DNA of 64,000 nucleotides from a virus (lineage: Duplodnaviria; Caudoviricetes), in IMG/VR virus record IMGVR_UViG_3300025912_000012, positions 71,080 to 135,079 of that record; one strand, 5' to 3'. Below the pieces are notes generated by a model. It was not told where the DNA came from. It was given only the letters and a program-made list of their open reading frames with translations, and ran no database searches. Positions 48,469-57,773 of this stretch are shown here, piece by piece. The translations under genes and the position numbers were made by a program. Position 1 is the stretch's first letter, and each line of letters starts with the position of its first letter.

Positions 48469-49161
48469 TTATACGGAGACAGTACCCCGCACCGCAAGGA
48501 CTGTTTTGATATCGTCAGCCATGCAGGTCTTGCGCCAGGAATAATACTTGTCGCGATCAGCGATCAGTTTCTCCCCGGAATCTTTTGATGTCTTATCTGC
48601 TTTCCATACATGTTTCACGGAAATGGCGCGTAGATGCCGGATGCACCCGGCACCCATTCCCAGGTCAGCCCATACGTTATCGATGTACCAGTGATCCAGG
48701 TCAGGGAGTGCCATCCACCCGAGGGCTTCTACGATATTGCTGGACACGCAGACAGCCTCAGGGATGTCTTCCCGCACTCCGTCCCAGGGGTAAGTGAACC
48801 CGACCCCCCCCATGCGGATAATTCCCCGGATGAGGGCACGATCCCATCCCGGGGTTTCCGGAACCATGTCATCCCCGAGGGACGCGAGATACGGGTAATC
48901 CTTGTACCGCAATCTCGCGATCTCATTTGTCCACGCGGTCAGTCCCATTCTCTGACCCACATCGAGGAAATCCCCGTCGCGTCCCGCTTTGCTCATGATG
49001 AACTTGTAGCGCTCAAGCTCAGGATCGTCATCGTCCACGCATACATGGAGATGAGTTTTCATTTTCGCGGTATCATGCACCGCATCAAGCAGCCTCGCGA
49101 TGTTCTGCGGACGATTACGGGAAGGGACGATTACGAGCAGGTCACCCATAGGGTCACTCAT
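48469..49161 (-). CDS. GT2-like glycosyltransferase
   Basis: VPSRNRP; VDDDD; LGDDM..TPGWD; HWYIDN; paralogue of 25695. Confidence 0.82.
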   Translation of the reverse strand: MSDPMGDLLVIVPSRNRPQNIARLLDAVHDTAKMKTHLHVCVDDDDPELERYKFIMSKAGRDGDFLDVGQRMGLTAWTNEIARLRYKDYPYLASLGDDMVPETPGWDRALIRGIIRMGGVGFTYPWDGVREDIPEAVCVSSNIVEALGWMALPDLDHWYIDNVWADLGMGAGCIRHLRAISVKHVWKADKTSKDSGEKLIADRDKYYSWRKTCMADDIKTVLAVRGTVSV

Positions 49162-49288
49162 CTGCGGGGTCTTCCTCTGCTTCTCTCGGGGCTTTAACCC
49201 ATTCTTTCAGGTACATCTCCCGATGATGCGGGTTATCCCAGTCGAGATCGTCGTCTTCCAGGAGCTGCCTCAACCTCGGGTTAGACGT
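49154..49288 (-). CDS. 44-aa acidic microprotein (start uncertain)
   Basis: Fills the gap; GGAG SD then ACG; overlaps both neighbours. Confidence 0.4.
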   Translation of the reverse strand, partial: TSNPRLRQLLEDDDLDWDNPHHREMYLKEWVKAPREAEEDPADE

Positions 49289-49454
49289 GATATCTCCCAA
49301 ATTGCGGGTTCCCTTTTTTGTCACGTTTGACAACCTTTAGCACTGTCACCGGTCGGTTCTTCGGGATAAGATTCCCTTTTCTGTCATAGCAGGCACCCGT
49401 GTGCCCGTTCAGGGCGCGGCATCCACGGGTCTTACGGCATCTCGTGTTGATCAT
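49281..49454 (-). CDS. small basic Cys/His protein
   Basis: ATGA coupling; C..C..GH.GAC. Confidence 0.5.
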   Translation of the reverse strand: MINTRCRKTRGCRALNGHTGACYDRKGNLIPKNRPVTVLKVVKRDKKGNPQFGRYHV

Positions 49455-50062
49455 GCCCGGATTATACCAAGCCCGTACCTCCCGGGGAGGTTCTCCCAGG
49501 TCTTCCCCGTAGCGGCGCAGTACACGTCGAGAGCCTCCTGAACCGGGGGGACGGTACCCTTCCAGTCGTACCCAGGCCACCCGATAAGGTTCGTGTCGTG
49601 GAACAACGCGACACCTTTGTTCGAGAGCCTAGGCATGTACGCGTATAGCTCAGCGAGAGTATGCTCATACTCGTGGGAGGTGTCTATGAACAGGACATCC
49701 ACCTGGGGGGGAAGCTGCGCCTGAACGAATTCATCCATGTCGTCACCCTGGATGAATGTCCATCTCGGGGTTTTCCGCCAGGGACGCATTCCCGCAGGGT
49801 CATCCGCGACAGGATCGATATCCACGGATACGACATGCCCGTCAGAATAGACAGCTGCCGCAAGGAAAGCGAGAGTAGAATTCCCTTTCCGTGACCCGAG
49901 TTCCAGCACTCGCACGTGCTCGTAAGATTTCGCGGTCTCATACAGGTACGGGAGATATTCCTGGATATCGCTCCATCTTCCCAGGCGGTCCATGTACCCG
50001 TCGTGGAGAGTGCTCGTGATCGCGTCCAGCGCGATGTCATACACCCTGCGGAGCGCCATCAC
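49451..50062 (-). CDS. class I SAM methyltransferase (Methyltransf_24-like)
   Basis: LELGSRKGNS; FIDTSHEY; FHDT. Confidence 0.88.
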   Translation of the reverse strand: MMALRRVYDIALDAITSTLHDGYMDRLGRWSDIQEYLPYLYETAKSYEHVRVLELGSRKGNSTLAFLAAAVYSDGHVVSVDIDPVADDPAGMRPWRKTPRWTFIQGDDMDEFVQAQLPPQVDVLFIDTSHEYEHTLAELYAYMPRLSNKGVALFHDTNLIGWPGYDWKGTVPPVQEALDVYCAATGKTWENLPGRYGLGIIRA

Positions 50063-50808
50063 AGCCCTTTCAACTGAGCACCGTGACGATACCGGAAATC
50101 CTCGTCAGCCTGACGCTGATATTCCTCGTCGGAAATCTTCTTCGCGTGAAAGATCGTCCTATTCCCTGCATGCAACTGCACGACGCTCAGCGCGGGATTA
50201 AAGCCCGCAACGTTCAGCATCGCAGACAGGCAGGGAATATTCGGGGTCCACCATGAGGTGGGATCGTTATTCAGCTCTCCCCCGGGATGGAATGCCATCC
50301 TCGGGGCGTCCAAGAGCTTTTCCGTGTCCACAACAGTTTCCACGACGGCGACACCCCCGGGACGGGTGCATTCCGCAAGCTTTTCCAATCCGAGGAGCGG
50401 ATGGCGCAGGTGATATAGCACCCCAAGGAAAAGCACCAGGTCGAAACGCTCACCCTGAAGCTTCTCCGGGAGATCGTAAATGCTTGCCTCAACAGGAACA
50501 ACATTAGACCCGAGTGTCTCGTGAGCCAGGTCGAATGCATCCCTACCGGCAGACTCCCAGATATCTGCCGCTACAACTCGCTTTGCGCCGCGACGTTCGC
50601 ATTCAAAAGAGAAGAACCCGTCCCAGCATCCCACGTCCAGTACGGACAGTCCTGTCATTTTCTCCGGGAGCAAGAGATGCGGGAGCGTATTTTGCTCTCC
50701 GGATCGCCCTGGAGTGATAATTCCCGGGCGCAGTTCGATGGAGTGAAACCAGAAATGCTTCTTGATAGTTTCACGGAGTTCATTATCTGTCATCGCTGAC
50801 TCAGACAA
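50059..50808 (-). CDS. class I SAM methyltransferase (CmoB/DUF1698-like)
   Basis: WFHSIEL; VLDVGCWDG; FLGVLYHLRHP. Confidence 0.88.
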   Translation of the reverse strand: MSESAMTDNELRETIKKHFWFHSIELRPGIITPGRSGEQNTLPHLLLPEKMTGLSVLDVGCWDGFFSFECERRGAKRVVAADIWESAGRDAFDLAHETLGSNVVPVEASIYDLPEKLQGERFDLVLFLGVLYHLRHPLLGLEKLAECTRPGGVAVVETVVDTEKLLDAPRMAFHPGGELNNDPTSWWTPNIPCLSAMLNVAGFNPALSVVQLHAGNRTIFHAKKISDEEYQRQADEDFRYRHGAQLKGL

Positions 50809-51718
50809 AGATTATCTCCGTCGAGTAGTCACCTAGTGCTGCACGAACCGCGTTAGCGAGGTTTTCGCGGATAAGCTCAGGCGAATCTCCGTAGTTGATA
50901 GGAGATGTGATACGAACCGGCAGTCCATCGCCTGTAGCAGCCACAACACTGTTCGTGCTAGACAGAACTACGACCGATGCCGACACAAGCGATGTGGCAG
51001 GAACCGAAGAGTCGTAAGTAAATGGAACTTCTATCCCTGCTGCCGCAGCTCCAGCACCACCCGGGTACTGGAAACCGATGGTATAATTACTAAAGACTGC
51101 CGTCGAAGCAACACTGCCAGCTGAGTAATTCACTAGCTCGACATAAGGTGCTGACGAACCAAAGGCGGTGAATGCAGCCCCCGCCCCGGTCCACTGGTTT
51201 GCCCACGTAATCCCGTCAGCTGATGTCTGCGCCTGGAAGTTACTGTTGTTAAAGTTCGCGAAGATACGAATAAACTTGTGGTTTATGGGATCGTAAGTTC
51301 CACTGCCAACCGTAACGAACCCTGATCCTACGTTGTAACCAAACAACAGCGAACCTTGTTCAACCGCGAGCCTCAAAGTTATGTAGAAGTTATGCGTGGG
51401 GTCACCGTTAGTGAACGACGGGTTAGGAACGACAGAGCTTAGCTGAATACCAGCCCACATGTTATTGGAGCCACTAGATGCACCACCGGGGTCTAGCTGA
51501 GTTGCCGCAAAACCTATGGTCATCATCGCGGGTATAGAACCCTGAGTACAAAGCCCTGCCCATTCGTTCCCGCCGCCACTTCCGGGAACGGAAATCTGAA
51601 GCGTATTCTCAGCAGTGTTTACAGCTGTTCCCACGGTCGGCGGTAGCTGCTGCCAGTAAGAGTTGAGATCCTGCACATCGTGATCTACTTCGTAAGTAAC
51701 ATAAGCGATGTTGCTCAC
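50801..51718 (-). CDS. concanavalin/lectin-like beta-sandwich protein
   Basis: FIRI...AQTSADGITW..; beta-rich; different codon usage. Confidence 0.6.
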   Translation of the reverse strand: MSNIAYVTYEVDHDVQDLNSYWQQLPPTVGTAVNTAENTLQISVPGSGGGNEWAGLCTQGSIPAMMTIGFAATQLDPGGASSGSNNMWAGIQLSSVVPNPSFTNGDPTHNFYITLRLAVEQGSLLFGYNVGSGFVTVGSGTYDPINHKFIRIFANFNNSNFQAQTSADGITWANQWTGAGAAFTAFGSSAPYVELVNYSAGSVASTAVFSNYTIGFQYPGGAGAAAAGIEVPFTYDSSVPATSLVSASVVVLSSTNSVVAATGDGLPVRITSPINYGDSPELIRENLANAVRAALGDYSTEIIFV

Positions 51719-51884
51719 TTTGAATCCTCCTCATTGGCAGTGTAGCAGTTACACCCTGCGTAATGACGGAAAGAATCAGTCCCGGGGCATCCGCAGTTCT
51801 CCCGGTGCTCCCCTGGGCAGGTTGTTCCTATCCATCTCCAGACGCAGGGAATGCGATCATCGTCAGGGAGGGGCGTCCACGAGG

Positions 51885-53042
51885 TCACGTCAGGGACTCC
51901 TCAATACGGTCAAGCGCGGGAACCCAGTAATCGGTGAACACTTTCTCCACGTCGAACTTCTGCGCGAAATCGTACGCGGGTTTCCGTGGCATCCTGTCCT
52001 GCTCCCATGCCTGATATGCAGCCTCGAAAGCATTCTCGATATCAGGAGCGTCAGGACGAGTCCACCATGCCCCGTGTCCGTCCTCCCAGTCAGGAGTCCC
52101 GGAGACAAGCCAGCCTGCACCGCACAGTTCTGATGTTGCTGAGCCATCAGTGGTGACCACGGGGATTCCGCAAGCCTGAGCCTCGATCAGGGGAACTCCG
52201 AAGCCTTCCCCGTAGGAACACAGGGAAAGAATGTTCAGCCCGTTGTACCAGATCGCCATCTGCTCATTCGTGACCTGCCCCGTATCGTACATGTACGCAT
52301 CGGGGAAACTTACGGCACCGCTGATACCCAGTCGTGCCGCGAGTCCCGGGAGATTCGTTCCTCCCGGGGATACCTGGGCACTGTGGATGGTCAGGTGCGT
52401 GTCAGGGTGTCGTGCGTGAAACCTGGAGAACGCGAGGAGCTGCTGATCGAAAGCCTTCCGTCTTCCCCGGTTCATCGCGACGATCCCGATGACAAACGTG
52501 TCCTGATCAATTGAAGGGACCGTCTTGCGATATTCTGTGGGATCCCCCGGGCGATAAACGGCGGTGTCCACGCCATGCGGGATATACAGGGGTTCCGCAC
52601 CCTCATTCTGGAGGACCATCTCCCCGAAGCGGGACATCGCTATCGGGGTGGTGCATCTCGCTTCCCGGAGGACTGTCACGTCTCCCTCGCCCAGGGGGTT
52701 GCAGTCCACGGGGAACCAGGGAAACCAGTTTATTGCTGACAGTGCGCTTGCGCACTTCAGCAATCCGAAAGGGTCGCACAGGGAGATGAGGATGTCAGCC
52801 TTGAAATACTCATAATGCTGCGGGAGGATGTCGCAGCCTGCTGCATCCCTGACTGCCGGGAGGATGGGAATCCCTTCCCATTCCAGCCAGGTGCCAGCCC
52901 CGGAATAGGGTGCGGATATCGCGACGATCTCGTGATCGGTCTGCTCGTTGATGCGCCTGGTGAATAGTGCCGTCTGATGTGCGTACGCAGAGGTCAGGAA
53001 AGGGCTATTCGAGTGCCAGAGAATCCTTAGCGACACGATCAT
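51885..53042 (-). CDS. GT4 glycosyltransferase
   Basis: PHGVD; EGFGVPLIEAQACG; paralogue of 19093. Confidence 0.92.
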   Translation of the reverse strand: MIVSLRILWHSNSPFLTSAYAHQTALFTRRINEQTDHEIVAISAPYSGAGTWLEWEGIPILPAVRDAAGCDILPQHYEYFKADILISLCDPFGLLKCASALSAINWFPWFPVDCNPLGEGDVTVLREARCTTPIAMSRFGEMVLQNEGAEPLYIPHGVDTAVYRPGDPTEYRKTVPSIDQDTFVIGIVAMNRGRRKAFDQQLLAFSRFHARHPDTHLTIHSAQVSPGGTNLPGLAARLGISGAVSFPDAYMYDTGQVTNEQMAIWYNGLNILSLCSYGEGFGVPLIEAQACGIPVVTTDGSATSELCGAGWLVSGTPDWEDGHGAWWTRPDAPDIENAFEAAYQAWEQDRMPRKPAYDFAQKFDVEKVFTDYWVPALDRIEESLT

Positions 53043-53170
53043 CTCCAGGTGGGCACAAAAGACCCATCGTCTTATATATAGCACAGCTTAAAACTTTAAT
53101 CAAGCACCATGCCCGCGACGTGTGCCTGGCTGATAAAAAATTACCCCAGGTCGTGCTGACGATGGCAGTT

Positions 53171-53377
53171 TTATTCTACCGCATTCCCGCTGTCTCCGGG
53201 AGTGTTCTGCATATTCATCGTGGAAAACCCGATGAAAACGTCCGCGATAAACTTGGTTGCAGTGGACTCGGAAAGCCCTGACATGATCGCGGCAGTATGC
53301 AGCTGAGCCAGGGATTTCATTATCTCGATCATGTCTTCGGGGGGTCCGAACGGGTCCGGGATATTGTCAATCATCAA
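53171..53377 (-). CDS. hypothetical protein
   Basis: SD AGGA; coupled to the HNH gene. Confidence 0.55.
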   Translation of the reverse strand: MMIDNIPDPFGPPEDMIEIMKSLAQLHTAAIMSGLSESTATKFIADVFIGFSTMNMQNTPGDSGNAVE

Positions 53378-53922
53378 TCCTGCTCCTCATATCGCTCCCA
53401 GATCGTAAACTGACGTTCAGCCAGTCTGGTGATCCAGTCTGCAAACTCCGGGTAAGTCATGTCCTTCTTGGCATTATTGCACTTCCAGCAGCAGGTAACT
53501 ACGTTACCAGAGGTGTAACCTTCAAGGTTGTCAACTCGATCTATCCCGTTGTAAGTAAAATCTCCGTTGTTTTTTCCTACCCGGATAGTTCTACCTGGTG
53601 GTTCTCCGCAGTAGAAGCAGTCAGCGGAAGTCAGCTTGTCAAAATCACCCTCGGAAAGCTCCCAGGCGTGTCCTCTTCGCTTTGCGCCAGAGATGTAGCT
53701 TCGAAGAATCGCACACCGCGCAGCCTCTCCCAGTGCGCGACCCAAGTCTCGCTGACAACCACAGCTTTTTATTCTTCCCCAGTTTCCGCTAGTGACAAAA
53801 GTTTCATTGCCGCAATCACACATGCAACGCCATAGAGCCATATTGGAGCGTGTACCAGAACGCTCAATGGCGATAAGTTTCGCGAACCGCTGCCCAGCGA
53901 GGTCGCGACAGTGATTGCTCAT
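53374..53922 (-). CDS. HNH homing endonuclease-like protein
   Basis: DLAGQRF..WRCMCDCG; CFYCG..GIDRVDN..GY..NVVTCC..CN. Confidence 0.85.
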   Translation of the reverse strand: MSNHCRDLAGQRFAKLIAIERSGTRSNMALWRCMCDCGNETFVTSGNWGRIKSCGCQRDLGRALGEAARCAILRSYISGAKRRGHAWELSEGDFDKLTSADCFYCGEPPGRTIRVGKNNGDFTYNGIDRVDNLEGYTSGNVVTCCWKCNNAKKDMTYPEFADWITRLAERQFTIWERYEEQD

Positions 53923-54159
53923 TCAGTCCTCGGGAGAGTCATCGTACACATCCTCTGGATAGATGGTGTTACTTTCGTCCCATTGCGCCCAGTATTCCAC
54001 CTCGGTGCGGTTACCGTTCCCGAGTTTCACCTCGCGCTTAATGCGAGGACATGCTCTCAGGTGATACCCTCCGCAATCCTCGCATAGGGATTCAGGGCGG
54101 GTGTCGAAAATCCCGGAAGAACGGAACGCTGTCCGTTCCTCAGGAGTCAGCTTGGTCAT
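53923..54159 (-). CDS. small Zn-finger protein
   Basis: CEDCGGYH..ACP. Confidence 0.6.
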   Translation of the reverse strand: MTKLTPEERTAFRSSGIFDTRPESLCEDCGGYHLRACPRIKREVKLGNGNRTEVEYWAQWDESNTIYPEDVYDDSPED

Positions 54160-54284
54160 ATTCCGTCCAGCTTACTGAAAACACCTCATCGTAGTGCTTG
54201 TTTCCCTCATGTTCTTCCAATGTACAGGAAATGTCCGTGATCCCCGGTTCGAGTGCCGCCCGGATCGTCTTGCCGCACAGCATC

Positions 54285-55976
54285 TTACAGCTTCCTGCCC
54301 GCGAGCCAGTTCCTCGGAGTATACCCTGGACCTGTAGCATTTCCTGAGACTTTCATCACCTGTGCCATATACACATTCGGGTCAGGGGCGCACTCGGGGC
54401 AGGTTTTCAGTTTCATCGGGTACTCGTGTCCCTGCGGGCAGTTCCGATAATAAGCAGCTGACCAGCGGATCGCGGACTTTCTCCTCGTATTATCTGGCTC
54501 TTTCGCCTCCGCAACCACAGGGGTCCCGCAATGCTTGCATCTTTTGTCGATATAGACGTGAACGTCTTCCCCGCAGCCTTTACACGCGGAAAACCCGTAG
54601 ATTTCCTTGTAGTTGACTGCCCCGAATCCGCAGAGTTCCCGCATCGCGTACACCCATGCGTCTGCCCTGTCATCATGGGCTTTCACCCGGTCGTCATAGG
54701 AGGTGAGGGCGCACAGCTGCCGCTCCAGTTCCTCGAACTGACCACGATCCCCCACCATGTGAATCCTCCCCTGTTCTGCAAGAGGAGACACTGGCTGCGC
54801 CCTGATCTTCTTTGAGTTCATCGCCTGGATCAGTTTCAGGGGGATATAAGGGTCTTTCTGGTACAGCATTCCCTTGAAATAGTCCCCGACCCCGTTTTTC
54901 TCCCCAACCACGAGGGAGGCATCCCACCGGTAATAAGCATCTACCAGCGCGTCCATGACCTTATCCGGGGTTCCCTGCATAGAGCAATCCTGGAGGGTGT
55001 ACAGGTGATGATCTTCCCCTTCCGCGCAGACCGCGATCCCGGTTTCGTCGCTTTTGATATTGGAGGAGCTTGCCGGGTCTACCGCTACTACGACTCTCCT
55101 GAAATCAGGGACCTCGTGTTCTTCCACCCGGTACTCGTCAAACCATTCCATCTGGAATAGCGCCCCGGGGATTTCCGCGATAAACTCACCCTGCAGCTCC
55201 TGCCGTTCCAGGAACGTCCCCTCCCCGAATTTGGAGGTGACTTTCGCGATCATCTTCCCGACGCCTTCGGCTTTCCAGTTCTCGGAGCTGGTGGCGCGGG
55301 TGAAATGGAACCTGCTCGGGTCTCTTTCCGCTTCCTTGATGATTTCCCGGAGGAGTTTCGTGTTTCTCGGGGTGGTGGTGATCATCAGCTGACCTTTAGA
55401 GGTTCGCAGCGCAGGAAGGAGACCTGCCTCGTAGAACTCGGGGTAGCGGATAATCCCCAGCTCGTCAAACCAGCAGTAACCCAGGTTAGCGCCTCGGATA
55501 GATTCAGCTTTCTCAGCGGAATACCCCTGGATTATGCTCCCGTTGCGCAAGGTGATACGGAGATCGTTTTTGTTGTGGTCGATGATCTCGCCTGGCTGCG
55601 CCGCGTTCTTGATCCCGGAGGGACCTTCGAAACAGGTGTTTTTCACGTCCGCGAACGTTGGAGCGCAGACCGCGACCCAGATGCCCGGCTCGGAGAGCCC
55701 CCTGGAGAGCGCCCAGTTGGCTCCTGTGAGGGTTTTCCCGAACCCCCGCCCCGTCATGAGCAGCCAGGTCTCCCAGTCGGGATAGGGACGCTCACAGCCG
55801 CACGACTTGCCTGTCCTTGGGTCGGGGAGGTGATGCCTCGGATGGTCCGGGGGGAGCTGCTTGTTGTACGCCTGGACTTCCCACGGGCGGGGCTCGACCT
55901 CGGCTTTCTTCGCGAGGATCGCCTCCCGGATACGTGCCCGCGTTTCCGGGGATAGTTTCGAGAAATCTTTGCCCAC
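54285..55976 (-). CDS. terL: terminase large subunit with C-terminal Zn ribbons
   Basis: GRGFGKT; WFDE; TTTP; AVDPA; HDDRADA. Confidence 0.95.
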   Translation of the reverse strand: MGKDFSKLSPETRARIREAILAKKAEVEPRPWEVQAYNKQLPPDHPRHHLPDPRTGKSCGCERPYPDWETWLLMTGRGFGKTLTGANWALSRGLSEPGIWVAVCAPTFADVKNTCFEGPSGIKNAAQPGEIIDHNKNDLRITLRNGSIIQGYSAEKAESIRGANLGYCWFDELGIIRYPEFYEAGLLPALRTSKGQLMITTTPRNTKLLREIIKEAERDPSRFHFTRATSSENWKAEGVGKMIAKVTSKFGEGTFLERQELQGEFIAEIPGALFQMEWFDEYRVEEHEVPDFRRVVVAVDPASSSNIKSDETGIAVCAEGEDHHLYTLQDCSMQGTPDKVMDALVDAYYRWDASLVVGEKNGVGDYFKGMLYQKDPYIPLKLIQAMNSKKIRAQPVSPLAEQGRIHMVGDRGQFEELERQLCALTSYDDRVKAHDDRADAWVYAMRELCGFGAVNYKEIYGFSACKGCGEDVHVYIDKRCKHCGTPVVAEAKEPDNTRRKSAIRWSAAYYRNCPQGHEYPMKLKTCPECAPDPNVYMAQVMKVSGNATGPGYTPRNWLAGRKL

Positions 55977-56009
55977 ACGCTCCCTGGGGAATGCTAGTTC
56001 GAATCTTAG

Positions 56010-56018
56010 ATTCTAGCA
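56010..56018 (-). promoter_or_regulatory. extended -10 (TGcTAGAAT), candidate late promoter
   Basis: Upstream of terminase; similar motifs at 53075-53083 and 22836-22844. Confidence 0.45.
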
Positions 56019-56022
56019 TAAC

Positions 56023-56057
56023 AAAAACCCCTGGACGCCCATGGTCCAGGGGTTTTT
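56023..56057. terminator. bidirectional intrinsic terminator
   Basis: AAAAACCCCTGGAC/GTCCAGGGGTTTTT. Confidence 0.8.
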
Positions 56058-56118
56058 GCCAGGAGCGGGGCAGTCATCCCGTTCCTTTGCCTTCGCGGGG
56101 GATCGCGAGGCGAGACTA

Positions 56119-56616
56119 TTACCCTACCACACGCCAGAAGGAGGATGGGGCGTATCCCCCGCCATAAGGATGCCACCACACCCGCGTCCCTGACTGCTGA
56201 GCCCCGAACGTCATATGATGCCACCTGGTGACGAACTCGACGTGATACGGGGCTGACACGGGACCCCAGAATGCGAGGTCACCCCGCTGGGGGTTGGTCA
56301 CCTGCACCATCTTCCCTGAATGCACCATCGCGACGGTGTTGTGCGGGAGGTTCACTCCCACGTGCGCGAACGAGGACATAACCAGCCCTGAGCAGTCATA
56401 CCCGTACGGACCCGCCCCTCCCCAGGAGTACCAGTGCCCTATCGCGTGAGACTCAGCCCAGTTGAGGGCTGCGTTGGAGATGTGCACCGCACGGGTTTGG
56501 GATGCGTCAGCGGGGGCAGCCAGGGCAGTACCCACCCCCAGCATCGCAGTTACCGCGACAGCGAACACGGAGGCACGGGGAGCTATCTTCCGTGGCTTAC
56601 GATGCCGCCCCCTCAC
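56119..56616 (-). CDS. secreted NlpC/P60 peptidoglycan peptidase
   Basis: GRHRK leader plus signal peptide; YSWGG..YDCSGL..GDL.F..HV. Confidence 0.9.
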   Translation of the reverse strand: MRGRHRKPRKIAPRASVFAVAVTAMLGVGTALAAPADASQTRAVHISNAALNWAESHAIGHWYSWGGAGPYGYDCSGLVMSSFAHVGVNLPHNTVAMVHSGKMVQVTNPQRGDLAFWGPVSAPYHVEFVTRWHHMTFGAQQSGTRVWWHPYGGGYAPSSFWRVVG

Positions 56617-57341
56617 GGCTTGCACACCCACTGCGCGAACGTCTTCCCGGACGCTCTCCACTTGGATACCGCGTTGAGCGCGTTCACCATCGGGTCAAAG
56701 ACATTCCCGGGGACTACTTCCCCGAGGATCTGCCAGTACCCGCTAGCGTCCGAGGTGGGGTTTTTCGCGTACTGCCTCCCCCCGGATTCGCATTCCGCGA
56801 CCGTGGCAGCGGCAGACGCCGCCCATGCGTCACCTCCAGCCGCGATCCACAGGCGCTCCAGTCCCGCGAAGGACAAGTTCCCTCCGCTGACGCTCCCGTG
56901 AAGGCGATGATGCTTGCCCTGGGGCTGGATATCCGCAGCCACCGTGATCCTGGGGCGGTGAACGACTGCCTCGTGGCAGGTTTTCGCCAACTTCTGCCCG
57001 GGGAGGATAACATCAGGATTCCCCCCGATGACTTTCTGGTTTTCCTCGTAGAGCCCCGTCCAGTATTTCGGGTCTCCGCAGGATTTCGCTGCGATACTCC
57101 CCAGGGTATCGCCGCTATGAACAACCAGGGTTTCTGCTTGGTGTTTCGGGACGTAGCGCTGGATAACCGCCGTGATAGACGCAAGTCCCGGGTCGGGAGC
57201 TTGCGGAGGATCGGGGATTACTACCGCGTTTGCTGCTGTCGCGGGGAGGATCATTCCCAGTGCCGCTGTCGCGGCTGTCACTCCCGGAGCGATCAGTCTT
57301 ACGGGACGCTTGGCTTTACGATGCTTCCCTCGGCATGACAT
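56613..57341 (-). CDS. secreted LysM + lytic transglycosylase (Rpf/SLT-like)
   Basis: GKHRK leader; LysM (GDTLGSIA..NPDVILPGQKL); ECESGG..ASGYWQI. Confidence 0.9.
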   Translation of the reverse strand: MSCRGKHRKAKRPVRLIAPGVTAATAALGMILPATAANAVVIPDPPQAPDPGLASITAVIQRYVPKHQAETLVVHSGDTLGSIAAKSCGDPKYWTGLYEENQKVIGGNPDVILPGQKLAKTCHEAVVHRPRITVAADIQPQGKHHRLHGSVSGGNLSFAGLERLWIAAGGDAWAASAAATVAECESGGRQYAKNPTSDASGYWQILGEVVPGNVFDPMVNALNAVSKWRASGKTFAQWVCKP

Positions 57342-57494
57342 ATGACTCCTGAGTTTGCAGTTCGCTCACACGGGTCCTCAGGAATCGAAGGACGTGAGCC
57401 TGTCGTCCCATGGGAAAGGTGACTCCCTCCCCACTGGGGTAGACTCAGGATGACATGCGCTACCAGGACTGTCAGCAAGATGATGAAAAAAGTT

Positions 57495-57773
57495 TCAGGT
57501 CAGTTGTGACTCTTTCAGGGACATGAGTGCCTCCGCGATGTCGATCAGCGTTTTCGCAGGATACGCCCGTGCTGCCCGCCCCTGGGAGCGGTACTCGCGG
57601 AGGTTCATGGTCCCGCTCGGGGAGAGTCCGGTATACTTCACGACCTCGCGGAGCAGTCCCTCGGGGATTTCCAGGTGTTTAGCCGCGAACGCGAGAGTCC
57701 AGTTCGTCCCGTCCAGCTCCACGAGAGGGACCCCGGTCCAGCCCTTCCCCCGGGGCAGCTCGTCATCGCTCAC
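57495..57773 (-). CDS. putative HTH DNA-binding protein
   Basis: WTLAFAAKHLEIPEGLLR. Confidence 0.55.
   Translation of the reverse strand: MSDDELPRGKGWTGVPLVELDGTNWTLAFAAKHLEIPEGLLREVVKYTGLSPSGTMNLREYRSQGRAARAYPAKTLIDIAEALMSLKESQLT

Noticed and set aside
53374-55976. Intron or intein in terminase
   Set aside because: Terminase motifs are contiguous; the HNH gene is free-standing downstream.
57342-57490. c-di-AMP (ydaO) riboswitch
   Set aside because: Consensus GCCGAA/GGGGAACC/TCAGCTAAC elements not seen.
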